Under the pieces are notes generated by a model. The model was given only the letters and a program-made list of their open reading frames with translations, did not search any database and was not told the DNA's origin. This document shows positions 1-7,915 of a stretch of DNA of 10,223 nucleotides, one piece after another; positions within the stretch are counted from its first letter, which is position 1; each line of letters opens with the position of its first letter. This stretch comes from Promethearchaeota archaeon (GTDB lineage Archaea > Asgardarchaeota > Lokiarchaeia > Sigyniarchaeales > SOKP01): the NCBI GenBank assembly GCA_016926735.1, contig JAFGOA010000129.1:1-10223 (forward strand), in the 5' to 3' direction. A program made the translations under genes and the position numbers.

Positions 1-86
1 CTATAGGGGGGTATCACGACTGTCAGTTACCAGTCACTCAAGAGGAGTTTGTGAATGTTCACAAATGTCCAGATTTTAAGTAACTG
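1..86 (+). mobile_element. Possible right end of an IS element (ISH3-like CAGT terminus), truncated by the window edge
   Basis: Bases 1-86 are clearly more GC-rich than the following sequence and end in AAGTAACTG (reverse complement CAGTTACTT). Two open frames entering from the edge stop at 79 and 83, just inside this end, as transposase ORFs often do. No recognisable transposase motif in so short a piece. Confidence 0.3.
48..65. repeat. Perfect inverted repeat TTTGTGAA-TG-TTCACAAA
   Basis: Read directly: 8-bp arms at 48-55 and 58-65 with a 2-nt spacer, nested inside a second inverted pair CAGTTAC (24-30) / GTAACTG (80-86). Confidence 0.75.
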
Positions 87-289
87 TTAAGTATTATAAT
101 TATTTAAGTTTAAAAATATAGAATTCTCTGAATTATTTTAAAAAAAACTACTCAGTTAGAAATTAAATTTTTTTTTAGATAAATTTATATTCTATCATTC
201 AAATATTCTATATGAATGGTTGATTGTTTGAAATGTATTAGACTATGATTAAATTAAATTTAGATAATTTTAGATAGAGTTAATTTATT

Positions 290-1129
290 ATGAGCACAAC
301 AATTTGTTATTTTTCTGGAACAGGAAATTCTCTAATTGTGGCAAGAGATATTGCAGAAAAAACTAATGGTACATTAGTCCCTATACCTTCATTGATAGAA
401 AAAGAAAGAATCGTGATCGAATCAGAAGTGATTGGTATTGTTTTTCCAGTTTATCATGCAATATTAGATGGTTTACCATTAATTATTAAAAGATTTGTAA
501 AAAAAATGGATAATCTTAATTCAAAGTATATCTTTGTGGTATGTACATGTCAAGGCTTTTCACGTTTGACGATTAACAAAGTGAGTGAAATTATCAAGTC
601 ACGAGGTGGTCAACTTTCAGCAGGGTTTACTATACCAATGCCAAACAATAAAAAACCCCCTAAAATTGAAAGACAACAAAAATTATATAATAACTGGAAG
701 AATAAACTTGAAATTATTTACCAATATATAAATGCTCGAAAAAAAGGGAGATTTGAAAATACTATATTTTACAATATCTTACTTGCTCCATTCGGTTCAA
801 GATTAAGAAATAAGACTATAAACCTATTAAATAACCTTGCTAATACAAATGATTGCCAATTAGAATCATTAATTCCATTGACAGATAGAAGTTTTTTTGT
901 TGATGAATCATGTAATGGTTGCGGAATTTGTGCGAAAGTTTGTCCTGTAAGTGATATCAAAATAATTAATAATAAACCCGTATGGCAAAACCATTGCGAG
1001 TCCTGTTTAGCCTGCATTAATTGGTGTCCGAATGGAGCAATTAAAGGAAGTATAAAATTAAATGAAAAAATCCCTGTAAGATATCATTATCCTGATGTAA
1101 AATTGTCAGATATGTTTTTACGTGATTAA
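290..1129 (+). CDS. Flavodoxin-like/2x[4Fe-4S] ferredoxin fusion protein (EFR1-family ferrodoxin)
   Basis: N-terminal flavodoxin phosphate-binding motif YFSGTGNS and GIVFPVY. C-terminal CNGCGICAKVCP and CESCLACINWCP ferredoxin motifs, and an RYHYP tail typical of this family. Confidence 0.9.
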   Translation: MSTTICYFSGTGNSLIVARDIAEKTNGTLVPIPSLIEKERIVIESEVIGIVFPVYHAILDGLPLIIKRFVKKMDNLNSKYIFVVCTCQGFSRLTINKVSEIIKSRGGQLSAGFTIPMPNNKKPPKIERQQKLYNNWKNKLEIIYQYINARKKGRFENTIFYNILLAPFGSRLRNKTINLLNNLANTNDCQLESLIPLTDRSFFVDESCNGCGICAKVCPVSDIKIINNKPVWQNHCESCLACINWCPNGAIKGSIKLNEKIPVRYHYPDVKLSDMFLRD

Positions 1130-1177
1130 ATTTATAAATCAAACCGAAAATAATTGATAAAGTATGGTGAAAATAAA

Positions 1178-2080
1178 TTGAGTAAGAAAAAGAATTGGAA
1201 ATTTAAAGATATTCCTAGTCAAACAGGAAAGGTAGCGATAGTTACTGGTGCCAATAGAGGTATTGGATTTGAAGTGGTAAAAACATTAGCACGAAAAGGT
1301 GCACAGGTTATTATGGCTTGTAGAAATTTAGATAATTCAGAAAAAGCAAAAGAAAAAATACTCAGCGAATATCCTAATGTAAAAATCGATATAATACATT
1401 TAGATTTAGCGAATTTATCTTCAATAAGAGAATTTGTTACTAAATTTCAGGAAAAATATAGTAGATTAGATATTCTTTGTAATAACGCGGGAATTTTTCA
1501 AGCTCCTCAACAAAAAACCGTTGATGGATTTGAATTGCACTTTGGAACAAATCATTTAGGACATTTTGCTCTTACGGGATTGTTAATTGAAATGATAATT
1601 GAAACAATAAATTCAAGAATAATAACTATGAGTAGTTGGGGGCATAAATTTGGTGAGATTCATTTTGATGATTTGGATTTGGATAAAAATTATAGTAAGG
1701 GAAAAGCTTATGCACAAAGTAAATTAGCAAATCTTCTCTTTGCATATGAATTACAAAGAAAATTAGAATTTAAGAGAAGAATTGTTCTGAGTAATGCCTC
1801 TCATCCTGGGTGGACAAGAACAAAACTTTCAAAGAGTATTATAATAAGAATTTTTAATCCTTTCATGGGGATGAAACCAGAAAAAGGGGCCTTATCTATG
1901 ATATATGCGGCAACTGCTTCTGAAGCCGAGGGAGGTGCATATTATGGGCCAAATGGTCGACTTGGAATAAAAGGATATCCTATAAAAGTCAAATCTAGCG
2001 AAAAATCCCATAATCTAGAACTAGCAAAGAGATTATGGGAAGTATCTGAAGACTTAACAGGTATAAAATTCCCTATTTAG
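1178..2080 (+). CDS. Short-chain dehydrogenase/reductase (retinol dehydrogenase/WWOX-like classical SDR), probably NADP(H)-dependent
   Basis: TGANRGIG nucleotide-binding motif, ACRN (basic residue suggests NADPH), NNAG, NHLGHF, catalytic YAQSK, HPGW and C-terminal LWEVSE. Start moved from 1154 to TTG at 1178 because an SD-like GGTGA (1166-1170) lies 7 nt upstream. Confidence 0.92.
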   Translation: MSKKKNWKFKDIPSQTGKVAIVTGANRGIGFEVVKTLARKGAQVIMACRNLDNSEKAKEKILSEYPNVKIDIIHLDLANLSSIREFVTKFQEKYSRLDILCNNAGIFQAPQQKTVDGFELHFGTNHLGHFALTGLLIEMIIETINSRIITMSSWGHKFGEIHFDDLDLDKNYSKGKAYAQSKLANLLFAYELQRKLEFKRRIVLSNASHPGWTRTKLSKSIIIRIFNPFMGMKPEKGALSMIYAATASEAEGGAYYGPNGRLGIKGYPIKVKSSEKSHNLELAKRLWEVSEDLTGIKFPI

Positions 2081-2420
2081 ATAATCTTTAAATTTAGAAT
2101 TATAAGTACTGCTAATCCTATAAATATAGAAAATTTATTAGTTATTGAATAGTTCCTTCCCATTAAATAATTAGGATTCGTATCAAAAATATGGTTGATA
2201 ATTATTATAGTAGTAGTAAAATTTACAATAATCATAGTTTTAATCCTTATATTTGGATTATCATTTTTTATACTAAGTAGCACAACAATTATAATATTTT
2301 TTTTTTGATTTTTTGATGATTAACTTTTCAATATTGGCATGTTTTATTGGATTTGCTTGTAAAAATAAAGATCATAAAGATTTAAATTGAAACTCTTATT
2401 AAATAATATTAGTGTTAATT

Positions 2421-3002
2421 ATGTCAGAAAATAAAAAAGAGCAAATCTTAACAGCTGCTAACGAATGTTTCGCTAAATTTGGATATAAAAAAACAACTCT
2501 TGAGGATATTGGAGAAAAAATCGGATTAAATAAAGCCTCTATTTATTATTATTTTAAAAACAAAGAAGAAATATTCACAACAATCGTTTTTAATGAATTT
2601 CAACATTATATTATTAAATTACATCAAGATATTAAAGAAAATATGAATTGTGAACAAAAAATTTCTCTATATTTTGAGAAGAAACTCCATTATATTAAAA
2701 AATCTATCCTATTACAGCAAATAACTGAAATTGAACCTGATAAATTACAGCATTTATTTTCTTCAGGACAAGATATAATTTCAAAAATGGAAAAAGGAGA
2801 AAAAACTTTTATGATAAAAATTTTAGAAAATTGTATAAAAAAAGGTGAAATAAAAGATTGCAATGTTGAAAAGGTTAGTGAACTTCTATTTAATTTAATA
2901 AATGGTATAGAAAATAATTATAAAGGGTTTACTGAATTTGATAGTATGATGGAAGATGTTCAAATGGCATTAACAATTTTTATAAATGGTTTAAAAAAAT
3001 AA
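2421..3002 (+). CDS. TetR/AcrR family transcriptional regulator
   Basis: Classic N-terminal TetR HTH: ILTAANECFAKFGYKKTTLEDIGEKIGLNKASIYYYFKNKEEIF. ATG at 2421 preferred over GTG at 2412. Confidence 0.93.
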   Translation: MSENKKEQILTAANECFAKFGYKKTTLEDIGEKIGLNKASIYYYFKNKEEIFTTIVFNEFQHYIIKLHQDIKENMNCEQKISLYFEKKLHYIKKSILLQQITEIEPDKLQHLFSSGQDIISKMEKGEKTFMIKILENCIKKGEIKDCNVEKVSELLFNLINGIENNYKGFTEFDSMMEDVQMALTIFINGLKK

Positions 3003-3176
3003 TTGTTTTCTACCCTTAGACTATAGTAGTGATTAATCTCTCATTTCTGGAGGATTGATTGTCTATAATCCTTATATTGTATATAGGAAAAATTCAAATA
3101 AAAAAATATTGAATAAATCCAAAATTTTATTTTTTATTCTATTATATCTCTTTTTATTAAGATCTGAAAGATTTTT

Positions 3177-4778
3177 ATGTTTGGTTATTTTGGACTTGTA
3201 TTGCATGGACATATTCCATGGTGTAAAATGTCAGGAACTTGGCCTGCTGGTGAAGAATGGCTATTTGAAGCAATGAATGAAACCTATATTCCGATGTTGA
3301 ATATTTTAAGAGAATTAAAAGAGAAAAAAATCAAAACAGGAATAACTATAAATATCACACCTATTTTAGCAGAACAATTGGCCGATGAATATATGAAACA
3401 ACGTTTTCAAGAGTATATGGAAGATAAAATTAAACGTTGTAAAAATGATATAATAAGATTTGAAAATCATCCTAAGATGAAAGAAATTGCTCAAATTCAT
3501 CTAGACAATCATAATAATGTTCTTAATTCCTTTTATCATAATTATTATCGTGATTTAAATGGTTCATTTAAGTGGTTAGAAGAGGAAGGAATGATAGAAT
3601 TAATCACTTGTGGAGCAACTCATGGATTTTTGCCTTTAATGGAGAGAGATTCAGGGATCTTCTCACAAATTCAAGTTGCTATTGATACTCATAAAAAACA
3701 TTTTAAAAAAGAACCAAAAGGAATCTGGATTCCTGAATGTGCTTATCGTCCACAAGAATATAGGGATAATAAATTGAGAGAAAGTATTGACTATTGGTTA
3801 AATAATTCCGGATTAGGATATTTTTTTGTAGATTCTCATGGTATATTAGATGCTGAAATACTTGAAGAAAAGAATAATATTGGATTAAATACGAATTTTG
3901 GTTATCAATTGAACACAGGAGTTTTTGTTTTTGGAAGAAATACCAATACAAGTAGACAAGTATGGGATTCTAAAATTGGATATCCAGGAAATGAATATTA
4001 TAGAGAATTTCATAAAAAAGATTATGAGTCAGGATTACACTACTGGAGGATAACTAATAAAGACTTAGGAAACGAACAAAAACTAATATATGATATGAAT
4101 TTAGCCAAACAAAAAATTGAAGCACATGCTAATCAATTTATTCAAATCTTAAATAATGAACTTAAAGATTTTAGTAAAAATTATAATGAGAAAGGAATTA
4201 TTATTTCTCCTTATGATTTCGAACTTTATGGACATTGGTGGATGGAAGGTATAGAATGGTTAAAAAGAATATTTGAATTGATCTACCAACATGAAAATAT
4301 AGAAATGATGACAATTTCAGATTATGTTTCTAAATATAAGAATACTTTTTCTTTAATTAATATGAAAAAAAGTAGTTGGGGAGAAGGAGGTCTATTTCAA
4401 GTATGGTTTAACAAAGAACATGGGTGGATATGGCCTTATATCAATGGAACAATAAAAGAATTTGAACAAGTTCTTGCTCCCCTATCTAACACTGATGAAA
4501 ACCAATTGAGAATTCTTAAACAAATCGCTAGGGAGTTACTTCTCATGGAGGGAAGCGATTGGCCATTTTTATTATATACAAAACAAGCAAAAGAGTATGC
4601 TAATAAGAGATTTCACAATCATCATCAGAGGTTTAATAAATTAATTTGGGCTGCAAAAAATTTCAATGATACTAACAGGATTTCAACCCATGAATTAGAG
4701 GAAATCGAATTAATTGATTCTTGTTTTCGTGATATTAATATTAATTATTTTAGAGAAAAAATTCCAAATACAAATTAG
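3177..4778 (+). CDS. GH57 1,4-alpha-glucan branching enzyme (DUF1957-containing)
   Basis: LVLHGHIPW, GEEWLFEAMNETYIP, TCGATHGFLP, nucleophile region GIWIPECAY, YPG..YREFH, acid/base region PYDFELYGHWWMEG, SSWG and RELLLMEGSDWPF. Confidence 0.93.
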   Translation: MFGYFGLVLHGHIPWCKMSGTWPAGEEWLFEAMNETYIPMLNILRELKEKKIKTGITINITPILAEQLADEYMKQRFQEYMEDKIKRCKNDIIRFENHPKMKEIAQIHLDNHNNVLNSFYHNYYRDLNGSFKWLEEEGMIELITCGATHGFLPLMERDSGIFSQIQVAIDTHKKHFKKEPKGIWIPECAYRPQEYRDNKLRESIDYWLNNSGLGYFFVDSHGILDAEILEEKNNIGLNTNFGYQLNTGVFVFGRNTNTSRQVWDSKIGYPGNEYYREFHKKDYESGLHYWRITNKDLGNEQKLIYDMNLAKQKIEAHANQFIQILNNELKDFSKNYNEKGIIISPYDFELYGHWWMEGIEWLKRIFELIYQHENIEMMTISDYVSKYKNTFSLINMKKSSWGEGGLFQVWFNKEHGWIWPYINGTIKEFEQVLAPLSNTDENQLRILKQIARELLLMEGSDWPFLLYTKQAKEYANKRFHNHHQRFNKLIWAAKNFNDTNRISTHELEEIELIDSCFRDININYFREKIPNTN

Positions 4779-4783
4779 AATAC

Positions 4784-4798
4784 TTTCTTTTTTATTTC
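4784..4798 (+). terminator. Putative archaeal oligo-T terminator after the GH57 gene
   Basis: T-rich tract (TTTCTTTTTTATTTC) just after the stop at 4778, in a 37-bp convergent gap. Weak evidence in an AT-rich genome. Confidence 0.35.
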
Positions 4799-4815
4799 AT
4801 GATTAGAAATATAAA

Positions 4816-5559
4816 TTAATAATAAAAGACTCTCCTTATTTTATATGATTTTAATAGATAGATTGATGAACTAATAATACTAATTGTTATAAGAATAATC
4901 CCTAGTACCAATTTCATAATTTTATTTATTTCTATACTGATTGATATTCCTATAAAATTTATATTATTGATAATTGAGTTAGGAATAAAAAAATAAATAC
5001 CTATTAAACTCGTTAACATAATTAAAATTAATAAAAATCGATTTTTTAAAAGTGAGAAAATCCATAGATAAATTGGTATAATCATTAAAGAACTCAATAT
5101 CTTTGTTCGATATGCTGTATAAATCAAGATTATAAAGGATATAGATATCAAAAATATTCCAAATAAGATATTAGAATCTAAAATTAAAATCTTTCCAAAA
5201 AATAATATAAAAATAACCCATATCGATAATAGGACTTCTATTGGTTGCAATCGAGAAATACCTAGATGTGCTTTAATTAGGGGAAACGAATCAGTTCCAT
5301 TCATTAATTTGTATTTTAAACTAGATTGGATTCCATATTCTGTTAAATAATATCTTCCATTCTCATCTTTTTCAACAATCAAAGTGTTATGGAGGATATT
5401 CATATGATATGCAAAATTACTAGAAGCGGGTAAATCAAGAATATTTAATAGTTCTGTATAATAAGCATGTCTTTTGTTTATGTATAGAATATTAATTATT
5501 TTAAGACGAATATCATTATTTAAAATCATATAGATATCATTCTTATTATTTTTTTTCAA
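4816..5559 (-). CDS. Membrane-embedded winged-helix (ArsR-like) transcriptional regulator with about 4-5 C-terminal TM helices
   Basis: N-terminal LNNDIRLKIINIL...YTELLNIL...SSNFAYHMNIL...IVEKDENGRYYLTEYG matches the archaeal wHTH pattern. The C-terminal ~140 aa are long hydrophobic stretches. SD-like GAGGT (5573-5569, minus strand) lies 9 nt before the TTG start. Confidence 0.8.
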   Translation of the reverse strand: MKKNNKNDIYMILNNDIRLKIINILYINKRHAYYTELLNILDLPASSNFAYHMNILHNTLIVEKDENGRYYLTEYGIQSSLKYKLMNGTDSFPLIKAHLGISRLQPIEVLLSIWVIFILFFGKILILDSNILFGIFLISISFIILIYTAYRTKILSSLMIIPIYLWIFSLLKNRFLLILIMLTSLIGIYFFIPNSIINNINFIGISISIEINKIMKLVLGIILITISIISSSIYLLKSYKIRRVFYY

Positions 5560-5641
5560 TTTTATAGTACCTCGCTCCCAATATTAGGTTATTATGATAA
5601 TCACATGTTATCGAACTTAAATAATTTATGTAATAATGATC

Positions 5642-5682
5642 TTGTAAAATGAATTTTACAAATTGTAAAATAGACTCTACAA
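5642..5682. promoter_or_regulatory. Tandem palindromic operator, two 20-bp units with a 21-bp period
   Basis: TTGTAAAAT-GA-ATTTTACAA (5642-5661, perfect) followed after 1 nt by TTGTAAAAT-AG-ACTCTACAA (5663-5682, 7/9 symmetric). It lies between the divergent regulator and the ABC operon. A TATA-like TTTATTAA follows at 5711-5718. Confidence 0.7.
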
Positions 5683-5840
5683 GAATCTATGAGCAATCCC
5701 TTCAATAAGGTTTATTAAGCACTCTAATTTAATTAATAAATAGATATAATCATCATAAACAACTTAATAATATAATAAATTGATATATAACAAATAATCA
5801 TTAAGAAAATTATTGAAATAAAAAAAGAAGAAAATAAATT

Positions 5841-5930
5841 ATGAATAAAAAGTATTTAAGTAAATCTAAGATTGAAATTAGGAATAATTATCTGCATATT
5901 TTAGTAAAAAGGTATTTTGGGGTGAAATAA
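5841..5930 (+). CDS. Possible 29-aa leader/upstream ORF (MNKKYLSKSKIEIRNNYLHILVKRYFGVK)
   Basis: ATG at 5841 to TAA at 5928-5930, ending 2 nt before the proposed ATPase start. No homology recognised. Confidence 0.25.
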   Translation: MNKKYLSKSKIEIRNNYLHILVKRYFGVK

Positions 5931-5932
5931 GA

Positions 5933-6880
5933 ATTATATTTCCATCGATTGAAGCAATAGAACTTTCTAAATGTTTCAATTCTTTAGTTGCAGTTAATAA
6001 TTTAAATTTTAAAATCAAAGGATCAAAATGTGTTGGATTTCTGGGGCCAAATGGTTCTGGAAAAACTACAACTCTTAAAATGTTTACAGATCTAATGAAA
6101 CCCACGACTGGTCGATGTTTAATAAATAATATTGATATAAAAAGTAATAAAAAAGAAGCTCTTAAATCAGTAGGTACACTCATTGAAGTCCCTAGAATTT
6201 ATCCATATCTTAGTCCAAAAGAAGCATTAACAATGATGGCTAAGATTAGAGGAATTGCTATTTCTGAACAAAAATCATGCATAGAAAATACGATTGCAAG
6301 TGTAAATATGACGGATTGGACTAATACTCAAATAAGAACATTCTCAAAAGGGATGAAACAAAGAATTTGCATAGCTTCAGCCCTCCTCAGTGATCCAAAA
6401 ATTCTTTTATTAGATGAACCTACACAAGGTCTTGATCCGCGAGGTATGAATGAAATTAGACAAATCATAAAATCTATCAAAGCTAAAGGAAAATTAATTT
6501 TTATGAGTTCTCATCTTCTTTCAGAAGTCTTTGATATATGTGATGAAGTTGTAATAATCAATAAAGGAAAAATTCTTGAATATAAACCCATCTCTGATAT
6601 TATAGCAAAATTTATGGGGGGAAAACATGCAATTGAAATAGAACTCAGAATTCCAATGAAAGAGGAGAAATGTAAATATTTAATTAATGAAATTCCAACT
6701 ATCTTGGAATTCGAAAAAATAGACGAAAAGCATTATAAGATCTACTATAAAGGAGATCTAACGATTCAAGAAAAAATTCTAAGTGATCTTGTAAAAGCAA
6801 ACATAAATTTGGTTAGTTATAAATCCTCTTGGATGGAACTAGAGGATGTTTATTTAAAATTAGTTAAAGATGTGAGATGA
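5933..6880 (+). CDS. ABC-2 type exporter ATP-binding protein (CcmA/DrrA-like) with apparent non-canonical start
   Basis: The frame of the 6080 ORF is open back to 5888 and encodes IEAIELSKCFNSLVAVNNLNFKI...GFLGPNGSGKTT (Walker A, 6044-6067), so the 6080 start truncates the domain. Signature FSKGMKQR, Walker B ILLLDEPT and H-loop SSH are present. Start coordinate uncertain (ATT 5933 or ATA 5936). Confidence 0.88.
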   Translation: MIFPSIEAIELSKCFNSLVAVNNLNFKIKGSKCVGFLGPNGSGKTTTLKMFTDLMKPTTGRCLINNIDIKSNKKEALKSVGTLIEVPRIYPYLSPKEALTMMAKIRGIAISEQKSCIENTIASVNMTDWTNTQIRTFSKGMKQRICIASALLSDPKILLLDEPTQGLDPRGMNEIRQIIKSIKAKGKLIFMSSHLLSEVFDICDEVVIINKGKILEYKPISDIIAKFMGGKHAIEIELRIPMKEEKCKYLINEIPTILEFEKIDEKHYKIYYKGDLTIQEKILSDLVKANINLVSYKSSWMELEDVYLKLVKDVR

Positions 6881-6886
6881 TTTAAA

Positions 6887-7696
6887 ATGAATATAAAAAA
6901 AAATGAAAATTTAAATATAGATATCAGTAATTTACTACAAATAAGAGTAATTATGCAATATACACTGCTTGATTATTTAAGATCTCGTAGATTTCTTATT
7001 TTGAATATTTGCGTTATTTTAATTAGTATAATTGTTAATATAATAGGAGATATGATGTTTGTTTGGGCAGAAATGGCTCCATTAATAGCTGTTTTTTCAG
7101 CTATATTTTTTGGGAATGATGCTATAGTAGGAGAGTTCCAAAATTCTACTGGATATTTTATAATTCCAAATCCTATTCATCGAACATCAATATTTTTCGG
7201 CAAATTGTTTGCTGCTTTTTTTGCTTCTTCTCTAATTCTTGGACTATATACATTAATAACTTTGGGATCTGGAATTATTAATTCTAATATATGTTTTGAA
7301 TTTGGATTGTCTGTCCTTTTCACTTGGTTCTTTCTTATTTCTGTCCTTTCATGTGTATTCTTTTTTAGTGCTATATCTAAAAATATCTTGATGTCAATAT
7401 TTTTAGATATTATTATCTTATTATGGTTGAATATAATGATATTAAACATCTCTGGATTAGTTCCCTTTGAACCTTGGTTTATTTTAACGTATGGAGGACA
7501 AATTATAAATAATATTTTAGTGGTACCTTATCCTCCTCATATTGTTATAGGACCAAATCCTTATTATCCAAAATTTGGAGGAGCCTCAATTACAGTCTAT
7601 AATCCTACTATAATTCAAGGACTTATTCTTATTGGGATATATACATTTATTCCTATTATATTAGGATTAATTGTTTTTAAAAAAAGAGAGTTTTAA
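6887..7696 (+). CDS. ABC-2 family transporter permease
   Basis: About 6 hydrophobic segments and the DAIVGEFQNSTGYFIIPNPIHRTSIFFGK motif (E..GT..L..P..R..I..GK class). Starts 6 nt after the ATPase stop. Confidence 0.88.
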   Translation: MNIKKNENLNIDISNLLQIRVIMQYTLLDYLRSRRFLILNICVILISIIVNIIGDMMFVWAEMAPLIAVFSAIFFGNDAIVGEFQNSTGYFIIPNPIHRTSIFFGKLFAAFFASSLILGLYTLITLGSGIINSNICFEFGLSVLFTWFFLISVLSCVFFFSAISKNILMSIFLDIIILLWLNIMILNISGLVPFEPWFILTYGGQIINNILVVPYPPHIVIGPNPYYPKFGGASITVYNPTIIQGLILIGIYTFIPIILGLIVFKKREF

Positions 7697-7915
7697 TTAA
7701 ATAAAAATAATTCTTTCTTAAAATTTAATATTATTTTTCATTTTTTTATTAATTTAGAATATATAGTCAATTATATATTGAAGTTCCTTCGCAAAGCTAA
7801 GATGGAAAGATACTATTTTATCATAAATATGATAGTAGAAGATTTTCAATATTTACAATTTCAAGAAATTAATATTATTAAGAAAAAGAACAATTAATTA
7901 TGATAAAAAAGCAAT

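Noticed and set aside
769-1017. 82-aa minus-strand ORF
   Set aside because: Entirely antisense to the well-supported flavodoxin/ferredoxin gene and has no motif.
2077-2340. 68-aa minus ORF (extendable to ATG 2340 through one TAA) as a small membrane protein or pseudogene
   Set aside because: Ile/Asn/Lys-rich composition is expected from very AT-rich DNA. The opposite strand gives an equally hydrophobic frame and no family is recognisable. A homology search could revive it.
3055-3276. 73-aa plus-strand ORF
   Set aside because: Overlaps the GH57 start out of frame and runs through its AT-rich promoter region.
3703-3951. 82-aa minus-strand ORF
   Set aside because: Antisense shadow of the GH57 gene.
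5565-5573. TAGTACCTC resembling an ISH3-type end
   Set aside because: Better explained as the minus-strand Shine-Dalgarno (GAGGT) of the wHTH regulator; no partner end or transposase nearby.
5878-6183. 101-aa minus-strand ORF (VVFPEPFGP...)
   Set aside because: Typical antisense shadow of an ABC Walker A region; it confirms the ATPase extends upstream of 6080.
6878-6889. ATPase and permease are in frame, separated by a single TGA (TGA TTT AAA ATG): selenocysteine or readthrough fusion
   Set aside because: An in-frame arrangement is common by chance. Both proteins end and begin at family-typical positions, the TGA is not at a Cys-like catalytic site, and no SECIS-like hairpin was seen.
7177-7449. 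90-aa minus-strand ORF
   Set aside because: Antisense to the permease.
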